Below, piece after piece: positions 1 to 7,090 of a stretch of DNA of 60,941 bases. Made by a program: the position numbers and the translations under genes. Source of the stretch: a virus (Duplodnaviria; Caudoviricetes); IMG/VR virus record IMGVR_UViG_3300025012_000095, positions 1 through 60,941 of that record, one strand, 5' to 3'. Numbering within the stretch: position 1 is the stretch's first letter; each line of letters begins with the position of its first letter. The notes beneath the pieces were generated by a model. The model saw nothing but the letters and a program-made list of their open reading frames with translations. It had not been told where the DNA came from and did not search any database.

Positions 1-3
1 TCT

Positions 4-129
4 GTGTTGGCGTGCGGATGCGTAGCAGACTCGATTGGTGGGCTCTGGGCGCCGTGCGCCGAAGTGGCAGAGGTGCACGCTCTCGCGTGTGAGCTGGCGG
101 GCCAGGGGCTTCTGTTAGATTCCGAGAGA
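4..129. repeat. 126-bp direct terminal overlap, copy 1 (circular assembly)
   Basis: 4..129 is identical to 60816..60941; an ORF starting at ATG 60750 reads in frame across the join. Confidence 0.95.
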
Positions 130-285
130 CGCCGGCGGCGGGGGTTCACGGGGTGGAACCTGCCCACACTGCCAGAGGATCAACAACACTTTGACGATCT
201 GATAGACACGTTGCGGAACCACGTCGCCAATCAGAAACGGAAGGAAACGAACAGGACAAAGCAGCGCCCTATCCAGGGTTTGTAA
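4..285 (+). CDS. Hypothetical protein, 3' part; the gene begins at ATG 60750 and spans the circular junction
   Basis: MKRSTERLVAVPDTVVVGPVLK continues in frame into VLACGCVADS... Confidence 0.7.
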   Translation: MLACGCVADSIGGLWAPCAEVAEVHALACELAGQGLLLDSERRRRRGFTGWNLPTLPEDQQHFDDLIDTLRNHVANQKRKETNRTKQRPIQGL

Positions 286-294
286 CGTGCAACC

Positions 295-323
295 TTGACA
301 GCCGCCAAGTACTAGGTTATACT
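295..323 (+). promoter_or_regulatory. Sigma70-type promoter
   Basis: TTGACA-17 nt-TATACT upstream of the AAA ATPase gene. Confidence 0.8.
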
Positions 324-386
324 TCTGATCGACGCAGCAGAGGATCAACTCGAGGCACTCACAATGGAGGAACGAGAGACACTATC

Positions 387-1481
387 ATGGGAGACCTAAC
401 GTTCATACCAGCCAAGCGGGAGCAGGGCAAGGCGCGGATTGCCCTTGTTGGACCCTCGGGGTCGGGCAAGACTTGGACCGCTCTCTCGATTGCCAGTGGA
501 TTAGCGCCCACTGGCAGGATCGCGGTCATTGACACCGAGCACGGCAGCGCTTCGAAGTATGCCGGCTTGTGGGAATTCGACGTTCTGTGCCTAGACACCT
601 TCGCTCCCGAGCGGTACATCGCAGCCATCAAGGCCGCGGAGGCAGCAGGCTATGATGTCGTTGTGATTGACAGCCTATCGCACGAGTGGGTTGGACCTGG
701 CGGGGCGTTGGAGATGGTAGACGCCGAAACCATCCGCTCGAAGTCCACCAACAGCTATACGGCTTGGCGCAAGGTGACGCCGGAGCACAACCGGCTGTTC
801 GACACCATCATCCGCTGTAACTCGCATGTCGTAGCGACGTTGCGAACAAAGACGGAGTACGTGATAGAGAAGGATGACAGGGGGAAGGCCGTCCCCAGGA
901 AGATCGGGCTGGCGCCCATCACCAGGGAGGGCGCGGATTATGAGTTTGACGTGGTGGCAGAGATGGACCTGGATCACCTCTTGATCGTCACCAAAACTCG
1001 CTGTCCCGACCTCGACGGGCTGGCGGTTAGGAAGCCTGACAAATCGTTCGGGGAGCAGGTAAGAGCCTGGCTGTCCGATGCCCCTCCCCGTGCGCCAGTC
1101 GAAGCATTCACTCCCTCCATTGTGTCGCCCGAGCAGTCTAAAGCCCCGACCGGACAGGCTGCAATTACGGGGAATGTCGCCGCCGAGGTTGTAGGGGCCG
1201 TCAAGCGGGGCGTGAAGGGGGCCATAGAGGATGCTGGTGAAGACACCGACCAGCTACTTGCCGTACTGCGGAAGATCGCGGCAATGGGGGACACGGACAA
1301 CAGAGCGGCGGCCTTGAAGCTCTGGGAGGAACACGTCATTGCGGTTGGTGGGCCGGACACCATGTACCAAGCCATCGAGGAATTGGAGGGGTGGTTGCAG
1401 ACCACCGAGCGAGACGGGCTAATAGCATCGTTGCAAAAGTCGAAAGACCTGCTCGTCTACCGGGCTAGAGCAGTGCCATGA
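387..1481 (+). CDS. AAA_24 / Sak4-like phage ATPase
   Basis: Walker A GPSGSGKT, IAVIDTE, VVVIDSLSHEW, EGADYEFD motifs typical of phage AAA_24 proteins. Confidence 0.85.
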   Translation: MGDLTFIPAKREQGKARIALVGPSGSGKTWTALSIASGLAPTGRIAVIDTEHGSASKYAGLWEFDVLCLDTFAPERYIAAIKAAEAAGYDVVVIDSLSHEWVGPGGALEMVDAETIRSKSTNSYTAWRKVTPEHNRLFDTIIRCNSHVVATLRTKTEYVIEKDDRGKAVPRKIGLAPITREGADYEFDVVAEMDLDHLLIVTKTRCPDLDGLAVRKPDKSFGEQVRAWLSDAPPRAPVEAFTPSIVSPEQSKAPTGQAAITGNVAAEVVGAVKRGVKGAIEDAGEDTDQLLAVLRKIAAMGDTDNRAAALKLWEEHVIAVGGPDTMYQAIEELEGWLQTTERDGLIASLQKSKDLLVYRARAVP

Positions 1482-1705
1482 CAAACAACCCGCCGGACAC
1501 AAGCGACCTGCTAACCATTGCTGGCGCGGCAACCCTCTTGGGGATTTCTCGCCAAGCGGTGCATCAAAAGATTCAGCGATGGCGACGCACTAAGGGGAGA
1601 AAGGGCCTGGCGTCGGCGCTGATAAACGACCGCATTGTCGTATCCCGAAAAGCCGTAGAGGCTCTGCGAGTGGCTAAGAAGATCCCCCCTCCGTGCGAGG
1701 AGTAA
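1478..1705 (+). CDS. Helix-turn-helix (excisionase-like) DNA-binding protein
   Basis: LLTIAGAATLLGISRQAVHQKI HTH pattern. Confidence 0.7.
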   Translation: MTNNPPDTSDLLTIAGAATLLGISRQAVHQKIQRWRRTKGRKGLASALINDRIVVSRKAVEALRVAKKIPPPCEE

Positions 1706-1965
1706 CGGCAGCCGAGAAGCTTCACCTTGCGCGTGTAGTGAGGATGGGCTGCTGTATCTGCGGGCGAGCGGCTGAGGTTCATCACATTCGAAGGGACGAA
1801 GGGAGAAATCACATGCGTGTGTTACCGCTTTGCCCTCCGCATCACAGGACGGGCGGGCTTGGGGTGGCTATACACGATGGACGAGAGACGTGGGAGAAGC
1901 GCTACGGCTCAGAGGAGTCGTTGCTAGGGTGGGTAGAGACCCATTTGGGCGGCAGTGATGGCTGA
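1693..1965 (+). CDS. Ref-family / DUF968-like HNH nuclease
   Basis: GCCICG..EVHHIR..VLPLCPPHHR..IHDGRETWEKRYGSE. Confidence 0.75.
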   Translation: MRGVTAAEKLHLARVVRMGCCICGRAAEVHHIRRDEGRNHMRVLPLCPPHHRTGGLGVAIHDGRETWEKRYGSEESLLGWVETHLGGSDG

Positions 1966-3241
1966 ACCAAGTGTTGTGAAATGGAAGAAAGTGCAGGACT
2001 ACTTAGGGCGGCCTGGCATGGCAACCCGACGAGGGGAGTTGGAGGCTTGCATATGGGAGCCGGATCCCGAAGATGATCCACCCAAGAGGTACTTTTGGCA
2101 AGTAGGCCGCTACGCCAATGGCGGGGATTGGGAATTGCAATCCCAGGGGGAAGCCAAACGGCGACGCACCGCAGTAGAGCAGGCTTTGATGGCACTCAAG
2201 CACGTAGAGGAGCGCGCCAATGCCAAGGGGTAATCGTTTTAGGGCAGTCCTGGTCAGCACTGGCAGTTTGCGCCATTACGTGAAGGTGTGGGGTGATGGT
2301 GTTCCTTGCTCCGCCACGCTCTGTAACAGAGATTGGCTCTGCGATGATGAGGAGCCATCACTTGCGGATGGGCTGTGCAAGTGCTGCGTGGCGAGACTGT
2401 CTGCGGAGGTGGACGGTGGTGACTGACGCGGAACACTACTACGTCCTACCAAGCCTGTACGATTGGGGCGATTTCTTGACGGAGATGGGCCCGTTGGCGG
2501 GTGTGCCGGGGACGTGCGGCGTGTTGCTATGCTACGCCACTGCCGATGCGGCGTTGGCGGCGATGGAAGAGGCGGGGTTGCCGCCGGGGACGCTGCCGAT
2601 AATGATACGACGAGCGTCGGGGGCCCCGTGATAACTGACACGGAACACCTACACGACCTGGCCGCCGCTCGGGTCGCGCCGCATGGCGGGATTGCGCCTG
2701 GGGCCGACGCCTGGGGCTTCCTGGCGCGGTATTGGCACAGCATGGCGGACTTGCTGCAATTCCTCATGCTACGCGAGCGCGCCAGGGCCGCGAGACCGAG
2801 GGGCATTGCGCCTGGGGCCGACGCCTGGCACATGATCGCAGAGGAAAGGGCGGGCGCGTGTCGAAAGTTGGCCGCTGAATGCCAGGAGTGGCGGGATCGG
2901 TACAACGCGCTGAGGCAGGAGCGAGACGGCATAAAGGAGAGGGCGTTGTGACTAGGCCGCTGGAGTGTTGTGTGCAATGCGGTGCCTTAACGGACCGCGC
3001 GGGTGCTGGGGACGGTAGCCTGTATCTCAATGACGATGGGCCGTACTGCGAGGGTTGCTACTACGATACGCTGATCACGAAGTACGAGGAGGCATTAGTC
3101 AGGATAGGGCACTTGGGGCAGGTGCTAACCGAGGCGCTGGAAATGCTCGATCGGGCGGAGAAGCGGCACATAGCGGAGTTGGTTGAGTTGGCGAGACTGA
3201 GAGCGGGCCGCTCACTGGCTATGCTGGAGGGTGGACTGTGA
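1955..3241 (+). other. Run of five overlapping small hypothetical genes (1955-2233, 2220-2426, 2419-2631, 2628-2951, 2948-3241)
   Basis: Overlapping start/stop codons with GGAG-like RBS; no recognisable family. Confidence 0.55.
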
Positions 3242-3304
3242 CCGTCGTGACGGCTGACGTGATCGATGGGCGGCGTCGAAATGGGGATGAGCCGGAGGAC
3301 AACC

Positions 3305-4189
3305 GTGATTTTTTACGTCGGCCTTCACATGCCAAGTCATGCCCGGCATTTCGACAATTGCATGATTAGTGTGAATCGCCTTTGCAAGCGCCGCAGCCCT
3401 TTCGTAGTGCGAAATTGGATTATGGACAGTGGCGCATTCACCACTGTCTATCGCGATGGTGGATACCGGACTCCTCCCGATGCTTATGTGGCTGAGGTTC
3501 GGCGGTGGTCTTCAAACGGCAATCTGGTTGCCGCCGTGTCACAGGACTGGATGTGTGAGCCCGTTGTGCTGGAGAAGACCGGACTGTCCATAGCGGACCA
3601 CCAACGGTTGACGATCGAACGCTATTGTCAGCTCGCACCCCTCATCGACATGACATACCTGATGCCGGTGCTCCAGGGTTATGCGCCGGCCGAGTATGCC
3701 CTACACGTGCGACAATACGGTGAGTTGCTGGCGCCGAGTGCGTGGGTTGGCGTTGGGTCTGTTTGTAAAAGGAACGCTTCGCCTGGGCGGGTGGAGGCGG
3801 TGTTACGGGAGATTTTGACGGTGCGGCCCGACCTGTGGTTGCATGGGTTTGGCCTGAAGACGACAGCTCTAGCAGACGGGCGAGTGCGGGCTATGCTGTC
3901 GTCAGCCGATAGCATGGCGTGGTCCTATGCAGCGCGTTGGGAGGGCCGAGACGCAAACGACTGGAGGGAGGCGGCCCGATTTGTGACGCGAATCGTGTCA
4001 AGGCCGCACCAACTACCATTGTGGCTATCGTCCCACTGTCTAGAGGTGTCGGCGGAGACAGGTGTCGGCGACAATCAGCCTCCGCTTTGTGCGGGGATGG
4101 GCGCGGGGATGAGGATGTGGACTCGCGGCCGAGCAGTCGGTCCCGCCGCGACGTCAACCGAGCAGCCGGCCCTGCCGGGCCTGGCGTAG
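3305..4189 (+). CDS. dpdA: DpdA-like / DUF7221 tRNA-guanine-transglycosylase-fold protein (candidate 7-deazaguanine DNA insertase)
   Basis: TGT-fold motifs DSGAFT, QDWMCEP, PVLQG, VGVGSVC, LHGFGLK, SADSMAWS; RBS GGAGG before GTG 3305. Confidence 0.8.
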   Translation: MIFYVGLHMPSHARHFDNCMISVNRLCKRRSPFVVRNWIMDSGAFTTVYRDGGYRTPPDAYVAEVRRWSSNGNLVAAVSQDWMCEPVVLEKTGLSIADHQRLTIERYCQLAPLIDMTYLMPVLQGYAPAEYALHVRQYGELLAPSAWVGVGSVCKRNASPGRVEAVLREILTVRPDLWLHGFGLKTTALADGRVRAMLSSADSMAWSYAARWEGRDANDWREAARFVTRIVSRPHQLPLWLSSHCLEVSAETGVGDNQPPLCAGMGAGMRMWTRGRAVGPAATSTEQPALPGLA

Positions 4190-4201
4190 TCAATCAATCG
4201 G
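4172..4201. repeat. 30-bp exact direct repeat, copy 1 (copy 2 at 6301..6330)
   Basis: ctgccgggcctggcgtagtcaatcaatcgg at both sites, each just before an RBS and start codon. Confidence 0.9.
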
Positions 4202-4210
4202 GAGAATAAC

Positions 4211-4999
4211 ATGATCGACGCCATACTGGACCGCATGATCGACGCCATACTGGACCGATGGACGCTGGTTGGCGACAGATGGTACGCCTTCCGTTGTCCC
4301 GCCGGAAATGGGCCCCGGACTTGGCGGTGTCCGAGCGTCTGCCCGTGCTGTGAGGGCGAGTGCGGGTTTACGGAACACGTGGACGAATGGGGCGGCCCAC
4401 ACTATCCCTGTGGATATTGCGACAGCAGTGGCGTTGTGTCGCTGCGCGCGCGGATGTTGTGGTGGTCCTATGGGTCCCGCGTAGGTAAGTGGTTCTGGCG
4501 GCTCTTCGAACGCCTAGAAGAAAGGCGGCAGGTGAATGACATGACCAAGGACACGCTACGTTGGATCGTCGCGTTGGCCGCGCTTGTGGCGGCGCTGACG
4601 CTGGTTGGGTGCCGTGGCAATGCGACGGCTGGCCCCATCGGTTCCGCCTGGCCGACCGAGGACCTGACCGCCGCTGGCTGGCAGGCTACGGGCATGTGCG
4701 CGCCGGCGGTGGTTACGCCGGCCATGCTGGCGGTGTGGTTCGCCTCGGTTGACGGTACGATCCGTGTAGAGGTCGGCGCCAGTACGGTATCGTTCGGGCA
4801 TTACGTCGTTTCGGTGGATGTTGCCCAGCGATCCGTGTCGGTGGTAGGGCCGCCGGGTGCCGATGTGCTAGAGCGGGACATAGCGGCGTGTGTCGGCTCG
4901 GGGCCGATGCCGGACGACCGCGCCGGGCGCTGGATAGACGGCATGTACACGGATGAGGCTATCGAGCCGACTGCGCCAGCCGGCGAGCCACAAGCCTGA
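4211..4999 (+). CDS. Hypothetical protein; probably a Zn-finger ORF fused to a lipoprotein that begins at ATG 4541
   Basis: CPCC/CGYC motifs, then MTKDTLRWIVALAALVAALTLVGC (signal peptide with lipobox); 24-bp tandem duplication at the 5' end. Confidence 0.55.
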   Translation: MIDAILDRMIDAILDRWTLVGDRWYAFRCPAGNGPRTWRCPSVCPCCEGECGFTEHVDEWGGPHYPCGYCDSSGVVSLRARMLWWSYGSRVGKWFWRLFERLEERRQVNDMTKDTLRWIVALAALVAALTLVGCRGNATAGPIGSAWPTEDLTAAGWQATGMCAPAVVTPAMLAVWFASVDGTIRVEVGASTVSFGHYVVSVDVAQRSVSVVGPPGADVLERDIAACVGSGPMPDDRAGRWIDGMYTDEAIEPTAPAGEPQA

Positions 5000-5023
5000 C
5001 CGGGATTATGAGGGAGCCGTGAC

Positions 5024-5118
5024 GTGAACTTTAATAAGTGCCCCTTCCCGTGGTTTGGCGGAAAGAGTCAAGCCGCCCCGGTTGTGTGGGCTGCGTTAGG
5101 GGATTGCGTGCATTACAT
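5024..5118 (+). pseudogene. N-terminal fragment of a Dam-like DNA adenine methyltransferase
   Basis: PFPWFGGKSQAAPVVWAALGD, similarity lost where YVEPFxGS is expected. Confidence 0.75.
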
Positions 5119-5147
5119 AGTCAACCGTGCGATAGACAAAGAGAGAG

Positions 5148-5849
5148 GTGAGAGTGAAATACTCCAAGTGGTTCCTGATCGTCGCCGCCTTCTTCATCAC
5201 AGCCTTATTGACCGCGAACATAATCGCCGTAAAGTTGATCGACGTCTTCGGGCTGATTATGCCGGCGGGGGTGATCATCTTCCCCGTCAGCTACATCTTC
5301 GGCGACGTGCTCACCGAGGTCTACGGTTACGCTAGAGCGCGCACGGTCATCTGGCTCGGCTTCCTGTGCAACCTGCTCGCCGTGATCGCCATCACCGTCG
5401 CCCAAATCCTGCCCGCAGCCGCCTTCTGGCAGGGCCAAGGTGCCTACGAGACGATTCTCGGCTATGCCCCCCGCCTGCTGTTGGCCTCCTTCACGGCGTA
5501 CGTCGTCGGCGAATTCGCCAACTCGTACGTCCTCGCCAAGATGAAGATCGCCACCCGCGGCCGCTGGCTGTGGACCCGGACCATTGGCTCCACACTCGTC
5601 GGCCAGGGCCTGGACTCTCTACTCTTCATCCTGATCGCCTTCGCCGGCACCATCCCCACGGCTGGTCTGCTGAGTGCCATCATCACGCAGTGGCTCGTCA
5701 AGTCCGCCTACGAAGCCTTGGCCACACCGATCACCTACGCCGTGACTAGCTTCCTCAAGCGCGAGGAGGGCATCGACGTATTTGACTATGACACGAGCTT
5801 CAACCCGATCTCGACGCCGCATCCTCGTGCCATTCGCCGGATCGGGTAG
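5148..5849 (+). CDS. yhhQ: YhhQ/VUT-family queuosine-precursor (preQ0/preQ1) transporter
   Basis: ANIIAVK, FPVSYIFGDVLTEVYG, WLWTRTIGSTLVGQGLDS; multiple TM segments. Confidence 0.92.
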   Translation: MRVKYSKWFLIVAAFFITALLTANIIAVKLIDVFGLIMPAGVIIFPVSYIFGDVLTEVYGYARARTVIWLGFLCNLLAVIAITVAQILPAAAFWQGQGAYETILGYAPRLLLASFTAYVVGEFANSYVLAKMKIATRGRWLWTRTIGSTLVGQGLDSLLFILIAFAGTIPTAGLLSAIITQWLVKSAYEALATPITYAVTSFLKREEGIDVFDYDTSFNPISTPHPRAIRRIG

Positions 5850-5970
5850 CGCGGTCTGCGGCGCGATGCTGGTGGGCTGGGAGGATGTACTGGCGATCGA
5901 ACGCGAGCTAGAGTACGCCGACATTGCGCTGGAGAGCCACAAACGTGAAGCCGCCTTGCGTGTGGTATGA
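5812..5970 (+). pseudogene. C-terminal fragment of an N6/N4 DNA methyltransferase
   Basis: RRILVPFAGSGS..GAMLVGWEDVLAIERELEYADIA (SAM-binding motif I region); no N-terminal catalytic part. Confidence 0.75.
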
Positions 5971-6609
5971 GACCCTTGACGGTTGGTACGAGACCGAGTG
6001 CGGGCACGCGTTCATCGTCGACCACGGCACGCCGGCGGAGAATGGCATGGGGTTTTGCTGCTACTGCGGGGCAACGCTAACGGCGGTCCGGGCGCAGTCA
6101 CACAACGATGACGATCAAGAGGAGGTGTGATGTGATGAACCGTTCGTGGCGCGGCAGCAGAATCTATGAATGGCGTGGATGGGTAGTGCTGTTAGTTGGG
6201 AATTACAAAGTCTCGTTCAAGTGGCGCCCTGGCGGTGCGATTGGCCGATGGGGGCGCTGGAGCATTCTGCCGCGGGTGGGGCCGGAGGATGTGTGGCAAG
6301 CTGCCGGGCCTGGCGTAGTCAATCAATCGGAGGAATGACGTGATTTGCAGACTGGGGATACATCAGTGGGCGTGGTTCGGCCCGATCTATGGCGGGCAGT
6401 TTATGAACCGGGTTTGCAAGCGGTGTAGGGAGCACCAGGTCTACTCCTTGGCTCAGGGTGACTATCGCTCCGACTGGCATCGTGTTGGCGCCGAGGATTG
6501 GCTGACATATAACCCCGCGCCGCCGGTACTGTCGAAGGAAACGATGGACGTTATTGGTCGGTTGCGCGAAGCTCCTGTTGACACCGTGGCCGGTGGCGCC
6601 GTAACTTGA
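5945..6609 (+). other. Three small hypothetical genes (5945-6130 Zn-ribbon, ~6135-6338, 6340-6609)
   Basis: RBS-preceded ORFs; ETECG..FCCYCG and MICRLGIHQW..CKRC Cys motifs. Confidence 0.55.
6301..6330. repeat. 30-bp exact direct repeat, copy 2
   Basis: Identical to 4172..4201. Confidence 0.9.
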
Positions 6610-6634
6610 CGGCGCGCCCCGGCTGTGGTAGACT
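6606..6634 (+). promoter_or_regulatory. Sigma70-type promoter with extended -10
   Basis: TTGACG-17 nt-TAGACT preceded by TGG. Confidence 0.75.
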
Positions 6635-6639
6635 ACCCG

Positions 6640-7080
6640 CGTACCGCGAGAGCGGCGAAAGGACCGATCATGAGGCCGTCACGGGCCGAAACACGAGGTG
6701 CATACGCGTTACTCACCAGCCCTCCTGGGCGCGGTGCCGGTGCTGGAAGCCTACCCGTGGGCAACTGTGACCCGTCACCGACGCCGCGCCCAGGAGGGCT
6801 GGTTCTGTTAACAACTCACAGGCCCAGCGGACTTGCGGAAAAGCCGACACGGCATCCTGACAGCCGAGGTACGTAGTGGCTAACGGCGCTTTGTAGCGCC
6901 ACTGGTGTCGGGGAATTGAGAGGGTGTCAAGGCCCGCCGAGGTTGCAACACCTTGGGCGGGACGGATTGGTAACAGCCCAGTCGAACCTCAGGTGCGCCT
7001 GTGAGAAGAGCCCTACTCCTTTGCCGCCCCTCCGTAGTGGGGGTAGGGGGGCGAGCATTACTCTAAATTCCCCACCAAAA
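6640..7080 (+). ncRNA. Candidate structured leader RNA upstream of the primase-helicase gene
   Basis: 28-bp stem 6715-6742/6776-6803; 9-bp long-range helix 6815-6823/6997-7005; helix 6844-6850/6905-6911; further hairpins. Confidence 0.5.
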
Positions 7081-7090
7081 GGGGGTTCGT

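Noticed and set aside
5117-5150. Possible preQ1 riboswitch upstream of yhhQ
   Set aside because: Only ~30 nt are available, with no stem-loop plus A-rich tail matching known classes
6660-6714. Hammerhead-ribozyme-like string ATGAG-GCC..GGC-CGAAAC
   Set aside because: The core reads AUCAUGA rather than CUGAUGA (C3 and G5 missing), and stems I and III are poor
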